Part shown: positions 25,013 to 39,460 of the stretch, piece by piece | How the letters are laid out: each line of letters opens with the position of its first letter | How positions within the stretch are numbered: position 1 is the stretch's first letter | NCBI RefSeq assembly: GCF_006345805.1 | Contig: NC_043002.1 | Span: forward strand, 95,294,001-95,358,000 | DNA: 64,000 nt | Direction: 5' to 3' | DNA from: Octopus sinensis | Lineage: Eukaryota | Translations under genes and position numbers: made by a program | The notes under the pieces: generated by a model | Seen by the model: only the letters and a program-made list of their open reading frames with translations | What the model was told of the DNA's origin: nothing | The model's database searches: none

Positions 25013-25927
25013 TTACATGTCATAAAGATGCAAAACGAATGGACCATTTGTGGACGGAGGTGAGGGGGGGGAGAAGACAACAGCTTCACCACTTGTGATG
25101 TTTGGAAAAACACAAGTGTAAACACGTGCACACATACACAGAAGCATACACACTCACACATGCACCCACTAATTCACTTATGCAATGGGTTTCTTTCAGC
25201 TTCTACATTATATGATTTCATGATGAATTCAAAAATAAGTTACTTTTTAAATTGATTTTACTATTTAAAAAGAAAAAAAAAAAAACGATTTACGTTACAC
25301 TACTACCTGGAATGACATGAGTTTTTGAATATCTTCAAACCAAAATAGAAGACATGGAAAAATATTGGGAAAATCTAAAATCGATTTGAGTGGAATTTTC
25401 CAAATAATCAAAATGTTTTGTTTCTTTCAATATTTTCGTTTTTGACTCTTGATCAATAGTGTTCTGTTATTCACTTATGATTTCCTATACAACTTAGCAT
25501 TCCATAAAGGTTTCATTCCGATTTTTATTACAACTTGCTTACTGGAGTTGAGGTGAAATAAAGTTGTTATTGATAGAAATTGTACTCTGGGAAATATATT
25601 GACAGTTCCTTGATTTTTAGAAAATCTAAAAACTAAACTTTATAAGAAGTTTGAAACTGTAGAATTAACTAAATGTACAAAAACAAAGAATGAATATTTT
25701 CATCAAGTCCCGAGTAGACAGAGCATTTCTTTCTTGACATTTATGTCCATTTGATTTTGTTTGGAATGTCTTAACAATTTTTGAATACCATACTGGTAGA
25801 AATAATCAATACCATGCTGGTAGAAATTCCTCCCACATATGACTATCCAAACTTTAATGTATATATTATCACATCTTAAGTATATAAATCAGAAACCTAG
25901 TCATCAATGGAATATTAGTTGCTGTGT

Positions 25928-26310
25928 GGGGGCGCAATGGCCCAGTGGTTAGGGCAGCAGACTCGCGGTCGTAGGATCGCGGTTTCGATTCCCAGACCGC
26001 GCGTTGTGAGTGTTTATTGAGCGAAAACACCTAAAACTCCACGAGGCTCTGGCAGGGGATGGTGGTGATCCCTGCTGTACTCTTTCACCACAACTTTCTC
26101 TCACTCTTACTTCCTGTTTCTGTTGTACCTGTATTTCAAAGGGGCTGGCCTTGTCACTCTCTGTATCACACTGAATATCCCCGAGAACTACGTTAAGGGT
26201 ACACGTGTCTGTGGAGTGCTCAGCCACTTACACGTTAATTTCACGAGCAGGCTGTTCCGTTGATTCGGATCAACCGGAACCCTCGTTGTCGTAACCGACA
26301 GAGTGCTTCC
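25928..26310 (+). mobile_element. tRNA-derived SINE (family C head, different tail), young
   Basis: A-box TGGCCCAGTGG, B-box-like GGTTTCGATTCC, CpG-rich. Decayed copies of the tail lie at 51985-52058 and 52352-52665. Confidence 0.85.
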
Positions 26311-29300
26311 ATTAGTTGCTGTTGAATGTTCTGGACAAGTAAATATTTATTTCTAGTTCTTTTGAGTATTTATCTTTTACTTGTTTCAGTCACTGGACTG
26401 TGGCCATGCTGGGGCACGGCCTTAAAGGGATTTAGTTAAATAAATCAACCCCAGTCCTTACTTTTTAAAGCTTGAAGCATTGATGTGGGTGCTTGTGCTG
26501 TGTAAAATGCACCTGTGGTGATGCCAAATAAAAAGTACTGATGATGGTTCCGCATAAAAAGCACCCAGTACACTTTGTGGAGTGGTTAGCATTGGGAAGG
26601 ACATCCAACCATAAAAACCAGGCCAGAACAGACTATGGAACTTGGTATCCATCCCATGCCAGCATGGAAAATGGACATTAAGTGATGATGATGATGATAT
26701 GAATTCTGTCAGTGGTTTTGCAAATTTGGCAAAAAAGACTAAGTTATGGATGTAAACAAACTAATACCACTTGTCAAGTAGTGTGAAGACAGACACACAC
26801 ACACACATACATATATGATGGGTTCCTGTCAGTTTCCATATTCACTCACAAGGCTTTGGTCAGCCCAGAGCTAGTAGAAGATTCTTGCCCAAGGTGCCAT
26901 GTAGTGGGGTTGAAACTGAAACCATGTGATTAGGAAGCAAACTTATTATTCCAAAATTATTATGTAATATCTCTAAATTAGCTAAATGTATTAGTATCAT
27001 TTATATAATGTTTCCAAATGAGCAATGTTAATTAACAGTATTTATAAAACACAAAACAATGAAAAGTATTACTAAATTTGCAGTGGAATATAAATTAGAT
27101 TCCCTTGAATTGTTACAAATCCAAAACTAACTTTAAAATACATGGATAAAAATAGTGAATACTTCAGAGTATAACAGCCTAGATTTCTAGGTTAATTAAA
27201 AATTTCTCTAATATCCAAAGTCAAGAACCAAATAAGATTCTAAATTATAAAATAGTTGATGTCCTTAATGCAAGTTTATTTTTGGGTTTTTTTTTTGCTG
27301 CTTGTTTATTTTTAAGAAAATATAATTTTAATTGATATTTGAAATCCAATTATTAATGCAAGTATGGGATGGGATATGAAGTAAAAGTTTATTCCTTAAA
27401 AAAATATAAACTGAAATTATATTCAGTTTAAACCAGTTGGTTTCTACCATTTTTAGCTTATGAACTTTTTTGATTCCTATTTTATTTAGGTGGACACTCA
27501 TAGCCATTCAATATTTAAAAATCCTTTTATATTTTTACAATTAAATATTATGAGGAATTGTATTTGAAAAATTGTTAAAATATTTTGTGTGTTGTAAAAG
27601 TATAAGCAATTTATTGCAGATAAATTTTAATGACAAAACCTTATGTGCACCCCCACTGGTTTAAACTCTAAATCTGATTAAAGCCACTTAATAAGTGGGC
27701 TTGTTTTATTTAATCTTTTTTAATATCGAAAGAGAAATCAAATTTAATCAAGAAACTAGTTGGATATACTTTAAAGTGATGTCTGCAATACAATGGTCAT
27801 AAAATAATTCTGCACTTATTAGTATTGAATGTGTACTAAGTCCTTTGTTTATTCTCATCATTTTATTGTAGCAGTCCACTGAAGAAATCAGTCCACATAA
27901 GATATTGTCATATGAAACTTGAAACTACTTAGCACAGACATTGAAAATTCACATACTTCATTTTTATATTTCTTTATTATCATCTTGTAAGTTTTTCCTA
28001 AAGGTTTGCTCCAATTCATTCTTCATCATTATTATCTGCCTTTTACATTGTAAGATCCTTAATTTTAAAGTTTTGGCTCAGAGTAAGTTGGTGGATAAAC
28101 CTATCATGCTACGGATCCTCAGTGGGAACTTTGATTTTGATTTATGTGGAAGGATTCTTCAGGTCAAAGTCTGTAGAATGTTTTCACTTCAACCATCACA
28201 GCAATATATTGTGATTCTGCTGTAATCTTATGTGTGATTATAAAGCTATAATACTGGTTTGAGCTTCATTTTCACTGTTATTTTCCAATGCAGGAAATGA
28301 CAAATTTTCTGTATCAGCAATACTTTTAAAATATTATAAATGCTTTATGAATTCATTCATTTCCATCAGAATACAAGATGAGGTATAATTAATTAAATGA
28401 TAGTTTTTTCACTGAACCGCAAGGCAAGAGACTGGAGTGAGCTCTGTCAAAGTTTGGTATCTTAGAGAACTAGAATGGAGTATTATACAATGTATATTAA
28501 TGTGGTTAAAAATTTACCAAGGCCTTCATTTTCCTTTATGGCTTTTGCAACTTATTTCTACTTACCAAATCAGCCAATGAAAGGAGCCTGTAAGCAGGCA
28601 CCTGATCTGCTAAAATAACAGCCAAATATTCCACAAATCACACCTTACATCAGGTTGGCTAAATCACTTAGAGTAAAATTTGACAAACATTAAACTGTGT
28701 GTAGGCGAATGGAGAGGGATTGTCTTTGTTCTGTGATGATTTAATCCATCACCCTGTTTAACTTGTCCATCTGACCCTAGCATACCTTTAGTAAAATCCA
28801 TTCCAGATCAGGTATGACTTCGTCCCTTCCTTTTTCTAACCCAGTTATTATCATTATTGCATTTCATCAAAAGCGACCAATTGAATAAGTACCAGGCTTA
28901 GAAAAAAATTCATTTAATTAAAAATTGTTCAAGGCAGTGCCCCAGCATGGCTGCAGTCTACTGACTAAAACAAGTAAAAGATAAAAAGATTACATGTCTA
29001 TATTCCCCATATCTAAAGGACACAAGAACTTTCACACACATGTATACACATCGTTGTCATCATCATCATCATTATATATTTTTCTTGTTGGCATGGGTTG
29101 AGCAGTTCAACAGGAACTGACAAGTCAGAAGACTGCACCATGCCCTGTTGTCTGTTTTGGCATAGTTTCTACAGCTGGGTGCCCTTCCTAACACCAACCA
29201 CTATACAGAGTGTACTGGGTGCTTTTTTACATGACACCAGCAGCAGTAAGGTCACCAAGTGACTTGCAAGACCAGACCCTTCAACTGAAGATGGTGGAGA

Positions 29301-29671
29301 GAGTAGTATTGAGGTAGTGGGGGAGAGAGAGAAGACAGTGAAGATGCAGTGCAGTGGGAGGAGCATAGTCCCAGGTTACAGGGAGGTGTATGTAGTAATG
29401 TGGACCAGGGAAATGGAAGAGAGTGAGTGGATAAGTTTCAGAGATTTTGAAAGGAGAGTGGGAGATGAAGGGTTGAGAGAATGCAGTGAGAGGGAGGAAG
29501 TATTAGAAAGATAAGTTGAAGTAAACAGATTCGACAATAAAGATTGTGTGCAGGAATATTTGTAAGTGTAGGAGATAGAGGTGGGGGGGGAGAATACAGG
29601 TAGCAGGGAGTTGAAAAGATGAGTGGTGGGGGAAATATATATAAAGTTGAAAATGACATAGCGTGTGTATA

Positions 29672-29878
29672 AAGGTGGCAAGCTGGCAGAAACATTAGCA
29701 CACCGTGTGAAATGCTTAGCAGTATTTCATCTGTCTTTACATTCTGAGTTCAAATTCCACCGAGGTCAACTTTGCTTTTCATCCTTTCAGGATCGATAAA
29801 TTAAGTACCAGTTGCATACTGGAGTCGATCTAATCAACTGGTCCCTGCCCCAAAATTTCTGTGCCTAGAGTAGAAAAG
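29672..29878 (+). mobile_element. SINE family B
   Basis: AAGGTGGCAAGCTGGCAGAAACATTAGC...GAGTTCAAATTCC...CATCCTTTCAGGATCGATAAATTAAGTACCAG. Confidence 0.8.
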
Positions 29879-30824
29879 TATGTATATGTGTATTTGTAAG
29901 TATATGTATATATGTGTGTGCGTATTTTTGTGTGTGTGTGTGTGTGTGTGCATGTGATTCCTGATTCCATTTTGTTTTGTCTGTGTGGCTGGGGGATTAT
30001 GGCTTAATCAGAGGAAGGAGATCATTGACCATACGCATTTTCAAGGTCTCCAAGTCTAGTAGATGAAAAGGAGAAAGTTTCTTTTGACTGGAAACTTGGC
30101 TCTTGCAACTAAGTTGTAACTCTGCTAAAGACACCTTCCTTAAGAGCCAAGTAGGTGGAATTAAACTAGATGATGGATTATGTCTACCACCCAAGAACAG
30201 GCATGCTTTCCATATTGAGCTTTCACATGGTTTCTGTCTGTCAAATTCCACATTCAAAGTGAGACAATAGTTAAAAAAACAAAAAAAAAGAAGACACTTG
30301 GCAAAATTGTCGTGCAAAGAGTTTGAATCCAACACCACACAGCCACAATACAAAATTCTTTACTGCACAGCCACACCCACCCCAGCTATATGATATTTTT
30401 GCAAATAAACAAGCCAATGTTCCTTCTAATAAGATTTTAATACAAATAAAAACACTGATCGTTAGCAATTGTTTTCTGATTACATTTCTTTCTATTTAAT
30501 TCATTTTATTTTAATTTAGATAATTATTGTTTCTCTATTTAAACTTTTATTGAGGCACCTATTTATTGTTTCAATTTAGCTTAAATATAATTTTGTTTAT
30601 TCCTTTCATTGAGTTGCTGTTCATATGTATAAAATTCCTAAGAAATTATCTTCCCCATGTTAAAGAACTTGAGTTAATTCAGTCTTTGATATCTTGTGGA
30701 TTTTCTGAGATAAAATCTGTTTGCTGAAACAAATAAAATCTGACATATTATACCCTATGATTGGTTTTTTTACACAGCTACATTTGATGCCTACCTCAAA
30801 AATATTGTCTTTTATTGTTAAGTA

Positions 30825-30998
30825 TATTTGCCACCTAAATGTGGCAGTCCCATAGAGGATGATGCTACTGTTTTTTATAGCCCCAGGAAGACATCTCCTC
30901 CAGCTGGCTAATGACACACTGTGTCTGATTATTATTTGCAAAGGGAAATCATCATTCCCATCTCTAGGCTTATATGATACACACAGACCCAGGTTTCA
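30825..30998 (+). repeat. dispersed copy of the unclassified repeat found in tandem at 47251-48075
   Basis: GGCAGTCCCATAGAGGATGATGCTACTG...CCTCCAGCTGGCTAATGACACAC...GGCTTATATGATACACACAGACCCAGGTTTC aligns with 47270-47438. Confidence 0.75.
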
Positions 30999-31119
30999 TC
31001 CTTTTATTAATTTAATTCTTCTACATTATATTTCAAATGGTTGCCTTCCACTTTAGGGCCCACAAAATATTTCAATAGTTATTGACTCTTTACAAACTAC
31101 AAATCAACCCATACTAAAT

Positions 31120-31720
31120 TCATCATCATCATCATCAAGGTCCTTTAACTGATGCAACCAGTCATTGGAATGCCACTCTAGATGCTTTCTTAGTCAGCCA
31201 TCATCACTGGTCTCTGTTCTTTGTCATGTGTAGCAGGTCTGTTGTGTAGTGATCCGTCCAGTCTTTGATGTTGTGAAACTAGTATTTTCTCTGTCTGCTT
31301 CTCTTTCGTCCTCCATATTTAAAATACTACTCACATATCTGCAGTGGAGAAACTGCTTTCTACACAAACCTTTACTGACTTGCATGTTGCACCTTCAAGC
31401 CAACTAAAATGCCATTGTCCTCCTTATCTCATATTTTTACCACAATGCTCTCTGCTGTTATGAAGGTTTTGTGTTTAATGCAACCACCTTTTCCTTGTTA
31501 TCATCTATACAAAGTATCATCACTTGGACTCTGTGATAAAAGAAAAACATTTCCCAAACCTTTCTTCCAGAGGTACAACCCTTTGAAACCCGCCTTGGAT
31601 TCCACACTTCCTTTCTCTGTGGACATCAAAATACAGGGATTCAAACAACTAAAGTTCAATCACTTTGTCCTCACCTTTGAGAAAGCCTTGAAAAGGCTAC
31701 GAATGAGGACCATCTTCCTT
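31120..31720 (-). mobile_element. heavily decayed RTE-LINE 3' fragment
   Basis: Minus strand reads SKVMILCIDD...YEIRRTMAF, then a GRPTTRW.D-like region, and (GAT)n at ~31125. Confidence 0.5.
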
Positions 31721-34099
31721 AGACTCAATAAAAAAGATATAATAATGCTTAGGTAAAGATATTTCAACAAAGCGTAATTTTTATAAACTTAATGATGTTG
31801 AAGTGATATATTATGTATAAAGAATGATGTTGCAAATTTATTCTTTATAGTCAGTTTGGTTTATGATTCAGTAATATTCACTAGTGAACTACATATTCTA
31901 TCCACATAATTATTATCTAAATTGGAACCTTTTCCAGGGAACTTCCTTCCTACACTCCAATTCACATTCTATTATTTAGCTCCATCCATACCAAGAGTCT
32001 ACATAAGATAATGTTGCCAAATATACTGTTGTTTCTTTTCTTTATTTAAACATTTTATAAGGATATATTATCTACCACTAGCTATTATAACCAAAATTTG
32101 CTTAATACTGTTTACTATTAAGTTTAAGTGCAATGAGCTTTCAGCATTAATTACAGTGACTTTGCTATTTGTTTTCCTTGCACCAGGTCTCCCTAGGTAT
32201 TTTCCCCAGTCATTCCAAGTTGTTACAACATTTAGCATTCATTCAGTCATTAAAATTCTATAATCTACCTATTATCTAAGATCTGGCAGTAATGGTCAGA
32301 CTTTACTTTGCTGATAAAACCAAAACATGTCTAGAGTTATTATTGTACTACCAAAGATCAGACTCACTCCCTCCACTCACTGCATTCTCTTTTTAATTAA
32401 TTGTAACTAATTTAAATTCCAAGGTTGTCTACTCTCTCTGTCTTGTACAGAATTACTCGTTAAGATATTTGTTTTTCTCCTTCCTGCTTATTCAATTTTA
32501 ATTACATACATTAATTATGTTAGGACTTTACTTTCTGTTTCATTGTTTGGCAATCGTTTGTGCTGAAGTTTGATGAGATGCACAATATCAGTTCTTTAAA
32601 CAATTTCAAGTTGTTTAGTTGGCTATCATCCTTATTTGTTCAAATGACATATAGAAGAAGAGACAACATTAAGCAGGAACTGACTTAAAATAAAGGGAAT
32701 CTTGAAAAGAGTCTATTTTTAGTCAATAGCCAATTTTCGATCTTAAGTTTTTCAAGACAAGTTCTTTATACAGCCAAAATCTTCATAAAATTCTACATGC
32801 TGAAAATTCAGTAACAAAAATATCAAAATACATATATGTATATCAATTGCATACAACATTATAAAATATATCAGAAAAATAATGATCTTCTTTAGAAACT
32901 TCCATTTTTTTTTTCTTCAACAAAAATTCTTTTCAGATTTTTATATGTTCTTTTCAAATTATCACTTTTCCATAAGGTAATTTTTTGTTATGTATTCCAG
33001 CTTGTTTAGTTTATTGTCTATAAATATCTTCCACCATTAGTGAAATAAAGTTTTGAAAGAATTAAGCACAGAGGAAGTTATAGAAAAATATTACAAATAT
33101 ATTGCTGCTTTTTGTTCTAGTTGAAAATATCCTGGAAAAAAAATTTCTTTTTTGTATATCTCACCAAATTTTTTTTAAAGGTAGTCTATGTGAAAAGAAT
33201 CAGGAGAAAGCAGTTTTATTTTATGTATATCTACTATTAGTATCATAGAATAATTCTGAACAAGGCATGAGATTAAATCTCAGAAAAAAATCTAATAAAT
33301 AATTCTTAACAAGGGATGAAATTTCATCTCAGAAGAAATTTAATATAGATATAATCTAGGAGATTAGTCTAACTTAAAACCTTAATCTTAAAGAAAACTT
33401 TTCTGAACCCAAAACTATAAGATTTTTATGTTGCTGGATTCTATTGGCAACAATCTGTTTGTTTACATCCATTTTTTTCCCATGCTGGCATAGGGTCATT
33501 GGGAAGTTATTTGAGACAATATTTCACAGCTAGATGCTTTTCTTGTCACAGATCCTTTAATTTTCTCTATTTCCCAAAAACTATCATTCCCAATAGTGAC
33601 TACTGTTTTGCTCTCGCCACTACTGCTCTCTGCCATCACACACACTATCTCTCCTATTCTCCATCAGTTATAGGGACCCCTTTAGGCTCTTTAGTCTTTC
33701 AAGCTGTAAGGTGACCTCTCCAGGGCTGTGCAAAAGCATCATTTACACTCTGTAAATTATTGACACAAGGAAGAAAATCCACCTATAGAAACCTTACCAA
33801 AATAGACACTGGAATTTGAGGTAGTCCCCCTACTTGTTCAATCCTGTAGAATTGTCTAACCCATACCAGCATCAGAGTGGGGACTCATGTTAAATAATGA
33901 TGGAAACTGTATGGAAGCCCATTGAGTGTGCACCACCAACCCCACAACTTGGCAACTAGTAGTGGTTTGTTTACAACCTCTGTAACTTAGTGGTGCAGCA
34001 AAAGAGATTGATACAATAAGTACCAGACTTTAATACACTCTTCAAAGCAGTGCCCCAGTATGGTTGCAGTCTGACAACTGAAAGAAGTAAAAGATATAT

Positions 34100-34500
34100 A
34101 GGTGCAGGTGTAGCTGTATGCTAAGAAGGCACAGGAGTGGTTGTGTAGTAAGAAGCTTGCTTACCAACCACATGGTTCTGGGTTCAGTCCCACTGTGTGG
34201 TGCCCTGGGCGAGCGTCTTCTATTATAGCCTCAGAATGACCAAAGCCTTGTGGGTGGATTTGGTAAATAGTAAGTAAAAGAAGCCTGCCGTGTGTGTTGT
34301 CTGTCTGTTTGTCCTCCACTACCACTTGACAACTAGTGTTGGTGTGTTTACACCTCCGTAACTTAGCAGTTTGACAGAAAGAGACTAATGGAATAAGTAC
34401 CAATTTTAACAAAAAATAAGTACTTTGGTTGTTTTTTTCAACCAAAAATGCTTCAAAGCAGTGCACCAGCATGGCCAGTCAAATGACTCAAACAATTAAA
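34100..34500 (+). mobile_element. tRNA-derived SINE family A with duplicated head
   Basis: TAGGTGCAGGTGTAGCTGTATGCTAAGAA followed by GGCACAGGAGTGGTTGTGTAGTAAGAA and the full body. The tail of another + copy (33930-34095) precedes it. Confidence 0.8.
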
Positions 34501-35623
34501 ATATATATATATATATATATATATAGCAAAGCATGTAAATAAAGATATTAGATATATAGAGCATAGGTTCAAAACTTGTGCCAGATGCCATTTATTTTAT
34601 TAACTCATTAATAGCTGTAAAGACTGGGGTGGGGTTTCATAACAGATGTTTGTGGGGTCGGGTGTAATATCCAAATGTAATAATATCCACTCAAAAATAT
34701 GCGATCGTCTGATTGTTATTTGCTGACTTAATCTATCTAATGACATCAGTAAAACATGCAAATTGAAAGAATATTAAATGTATTACTTTAAAATATTACA
34801 GCTGTCTCCTCTTTATTTCACTTTGCCATCGTTGTGATCTTAATTTCCAAAAAGAAAAACTCCTCAAATCCATATTTTACATCTTTCCTTTAGTCTCTTT
34901 CAAATTTAGTACTTTCATTCTCCTTGTCACTCATTTACATTCAACAGCACCTCCACCCCAACCTTTTTTATATGTTCTAGCTCCTTTTATGTTCTTTTTT
35001 TCTCTTTGTGTTTCCACATGTTCTGTTAACTTCTTTTAGAACTTTTCATTTTATTCCCTGAAAGCCTTTATTTTATACTCTCCTTTCAAGTTCAGTGTTT
35101 TTCTTTTATCATTTTTGCTTTTCTTTCATCTTTACACTATCCATTTAACTCTGTATCCCCTTTAAATTATGTGCTTATTTTTCTATTTTCCTCTACCTTC
35201 TTGTCCCTTTTTTCTCTTTCTCCCATTTCCCAAGACTCTAATTCCCAAGTACTCATTTAACCTTTCCTATTACAATCCTAATTGATCAAAGAGAATCAAT
35301 AACAAAAATTTGTTTATTTACAAATTGGATCCTCCATTAAAATCTTTTATAATCTTTATCTTCTGTTGACTCTAAGTAATCAAATGCTCCATCTTTGATT
35401 CATTAAGATAGCCACCACGTTTTAAATGTTATCGTCAATATTTTATCTACTTTTTTGGTTAAAACTATAAAATATAAAACAAAGGAATTTTTAAGAAAAA
35501 CCTGCATTGAAAATATAAATTTTTTTACATGCATGTTTCTTTACTCTTTCTTTTAAAATGTTTCAATGTTAATTTTTCCTAAAATTTCAAAAATATATAT
35601 TTTTTTATTTGTTTTTTTTATAG

Positions 35624-35654
35624 GTTTTATGCCGTGGCTTTTGAATGCTAAACA
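35624..35654 (+). CDS. candidate 31-nt internal exon of an unidentified gene (…FMPWLLNAK…)
   Basis: Long polypyrimidine tract TTTTTTATTTGTTTTTTTTATAG|G and donor ACA|GTGAGT. Only one of three frames is open. It sits in repeat-free sequence. The protein is not recognised. Confidence 0.35.
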
Positions 35655-36499
35655 GTGAGTAATTGAAATTAAAATAAATTAACTTTAGTTCTTACATAAT
35701 GATTTTGCAACACTTCATCTGTTCATTTTTTTCATCCTTGTTACTTTGGTTCTGTTCCCTTGTTAATTTGAGTCTCTGTACTCCTTAACAATACATATAT
35801 GGAGGGAAACATTTGATTAAAAACAAAAATGTGCTTGCATGTGTGTGTGTGTGTGTGTTTTATTTCCATGTAGAAATAACATGAAGCATTTATGGTTTCT
35901 AGTCTTGTATAATTTTTTATAAAATGACACCGCTGTTTTCTTATTTCCCTCCTAAATTACTTTAATTAAAATTTATAGAGTTCTATAATTTATATACTTG
36001 GGCAGCTTCCAAATCTTGAAGCTAATTATTCTGAAAAATTTTCTATCTATTGAAAGTCACCCTATTTACAAACTTTTTGATAACACAGTGTTTGCTCTTT
36101 AATTAGTTTGTTTTGTTTTCTTAAACTTTCATTCTGCATTAGTCTTTTGATACTAAATCACCTTGAGACTGCCTCCGGTTCTTTGACACAGACTTCCTGT
36201 TTTGAAGTGATCTAAATTAAAATATTTCATCAAAACTTCATGTTAATTTGTCTCAGGTATATTTCTAAATTCTTCATTCTTTTCAAAATTATTCTAAATG
36301 AAGGCAATCTATTTCAACAAAAATATAGTAACACAAGGATTATATATAAAAATATCTTGTATTTTTTTCTCTAATTTCCAATAGAAAAATCTTCTTTACA
36401 TTCCTCAATATATACTAAATGTTCTAATCACTCTGCAATAGTAATTCTAAACTTGATATTCTCATTTTCAAGAAAAAAATAATTAAGCAGCATAGTCAG

Positions 36500-36745
36500 C
36501 ATCATCATCATCATCATCATCATCGTTTAACGTCCGTTTTCAATGCTAGCATGGGTTGGACGGTTCGACTGGGGTCTGGGAAGCCAGGAGGTTGCACCAG
36601 GCCCAGTCTGATCTGGCAGGGTTCCTACAGCTGGATGCCCTTCCTAACGCCAACCACTCCATGAGTGTAGTTGGTGCTTTTTACGTGCCGGGCAAGGCTG
36701 GCAACGGCCACAATCGGTTGGTGCTTTTTACGTGCCACCGGCATA
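36500..36745 (-). mobile_element. RTE-LINE 3' tail copy, young
   Basis: (CAT)n CGTTTAACGTCCG...GATGCCCTTCCTAACGCCAACCAC...GGTGCTTTTTACGTGCC (two units). Confidence 0.8.
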
Positions 36746-39051
36746 TCAGTTATCATATATCACTGTAGACGAAAATATATTGATTTCTAACTTTGGTACA
36801 AGCCATACATTTTGTGGAGGTTTAGTCAATGATATTGACTCCAGTAGTTAACTGGTATTTATTTTATCAGCCCCAGAAGAATGAAAGATAAAGTGAGTAG
36901 CTTGGGCAAAATTCTTGCTTAAAATGTACATAAAATATATTGATCAGACTATAGTTTTCTGAGAGGTGGAATAACTGAGCTCTTCTCATTTATTTTATTC
37001 CCAACAATGGCAACCAGCTTTATTTGCTGTTTTTATTTAGCCGCCAATTCCTATTTAACCATATGGTTAAATCACCATATGGACATGTTTTTCTATCTGT
37101 TCATTTCGGCACATTTATTGAAGCTACTTGCTTCCTTTTATAGCTTTATGAATATCCTCACATATTCCTGTTAATTTATCTTCCACAGTGTATGGTGTAG
37201 TAAACAGTTTTGCTTAACTTCCTATAATCACAAAAAAAAAAAAAAATTGCCCTTCCTGTAAATTCTTTATTTCTCATAGAAACTGAAAAATTCTAATGAT
37301 ATTGTCTACTATCTCCTACACTTGACTTCTAAAAAAGGAAGAAGAAAGGAAAGACAGAAGGCAGGCAGGCATCTGTAGACATGCACGTATGCTTAGAATA
37401 ACAGATTGTATTGTAATATATATTTAGAAATAACACTATTTACTGACAATGTTGTTGATTTTTCATTTCAACAGTAAAGACTTGTGTTTAATTTTCAATG
37501 TTTTAAATTTTACTTTTTATAATCTGTGAAATGACCTGCTAATTACTGTGAATTAGTAGTTAAGCAAACTTTACAACACTTATCTTTTTATTGTATGGCA
37601 TAAGGTAGTGAGCTGGCAGAATTGTTAGCATGTTGGACAAGACACTTCACAGCATTTCTTCTGGCTTTACACCCTCAAGTTCAAATTACACTGAGTCTGA
37701 GTTTGCTTTTCATCTTTTCAATGTAATTCCCCAAAACGTCAGGCCTTGTGCCTATAGCAGAAAGGATTATTGTATAGCATCCATTCTTTTAAATTTATTT
37801 CATTGTTTCAGCATCTGTTTTTGTAACTGCCAGTATAAATAGAATGGCATTTCACAAAGATGGATATTTATATATTTTGAGAGCTGTTTTACCAAAATAA
37901 ATAAAATTTATTGGCCTTTAAGCAGAAGAGAAATTGTGCTCTTGGGTGTACCAAAATGGTAAATGCTGGAAAATATTGGTGTCGACTGTTATGCCACCTA
38001 ATTCAACTATCTCCACCATCTGGTGGTGTTTGCCAGCTAAGGGACGTAATTCAGCTTTCTTTGCTATGCTACTTGGCCATTTTTTTAGGCTCTTGCTAGG
38101 AATAGAACCTGTTAATAATTACACAAGCTAACATAAACATTTATTTGCATTTCTTACAAGCAAAGCACGATTGCTTGAGTATTCAGAGTGGAATTTGTGA
38201 CTATTTAGTTTTTATTCCAGCATGTTAAACACATAGCCATTACTCAACCTACTAAGAAATAGCCAACAAATCATCCCTCAAACCATAATTTCTTATCTTT
38301 AAAAAAAAAAGTGACAAGTTGAACAATGTAGTCCTAATTACACAAGCAGATGGGATGGTCATGGTGGGAATATATTCAATCATAGATCTACGTGATCAGG
38401 ACTGACCTCAGACTAAACACCAGTAACTACCTCCATTTTGTTACTCAGAAGAAACATTTTTGTATATGAATAAAATAAACTGCATCTTTACCTGTGAGAA
38501 ATACTTTGTGAATGTGTTTATGTCTGTATCTGACACATTTATAAAAGTGGATTGTATCAATCTACTCACAGATCACATCTGAACATTCTGCTTAAATTTG
38601 CAACCAAGATTATTTGACCTTTAACTATTGAAAGCTGATTGAAACAGATTTCTGGAAAATGTAAATTACATGTAGAGGGGTTCCTCATAGCAGGTGGTCT
38701 TCAGGAAATAATTTAGGATAAGGTGCACTATTCCATGCATGATTATGTGAAAAAATAGTTTTGGATGCACTTTTTGATGCATGATTTACTGAAAAAATAG
38801 ATTTGGATGCATTATTTGGCATAACAGTTATTCAAGAAACTAAGTTTGGTTGTAGTATATGCTGCAGGATTTAGTGGGGAAATTGATTTAGTAATACTAA
38901 ATACATAGGTGCAGGCATGGCTGCTTCACAACCCTGTGGTCTTGGTTTCAATCCCACTGTGTGGAACATTGAGCAAGTGTTTTCTATGGCCCTGAGCTGA
39001 CCAAGGTCTTGTGAATGGATTTGGTAGACAGAAACTGCAGGAAGCCCATTT

Positions 39052-39084
<33 letters not shown>

Positions 39085-39149
39085 CTGTTTGCAATAATGG
39101 GTACAGAATGTCACCAACTGTGTAAACAACATGAAGTATGAAAAAAAAT

Positions 39150-39460
39150 GAGTTAAATATGCAGACAATGAAAGAAAAAAATGGAAAACAGGACAAGTAA
39201 CACAAAGAACGACCCTTCATCAGTTGTCAGCTGTCTATCTACTCATTTCAAGCATTCATACATACATATATATAAATAGTTCAAATTTACAGAAAACGAA
39301 AGACGAAGACAGGTATAGGAACAAGTAGGTGTATTAGTTTAACACTGAGGGAGAATGGAAAAGTCTTTGACTTTTCAAGCTTATGCTCTTCAACAGAAAG
39401 GATTAAGACAAAAAAAGAGAGAATGAAAAAATATAGAGAGAAAAGATGTGTAGGGATTAA
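39150..39460 (-). mobile_element. solo Penelope-type terminal region containing a hammerhead motif
   Basis: The minus strand aligns with 47075-47250, the 3' end of the Penelope-like element. Motif at 39364-39400. Confidence 0.65.
39364..39400 (-). ncRNA. minimal hammerhead-like motif (CUGUUGA variant)
   Basis: CTTT-CTGTTGA-A-GAGC(ATAA)GCTT-GAAA-AG-TC-AAAG: stem I, stem II, GAAA and a GUC triplet are present. Confidence 0.55.

Noticed and set aside
39205-39230. CTGATGAAGG on the minus strand as a second hammerhead
   Set aside because: No stem II or GAAA follows.
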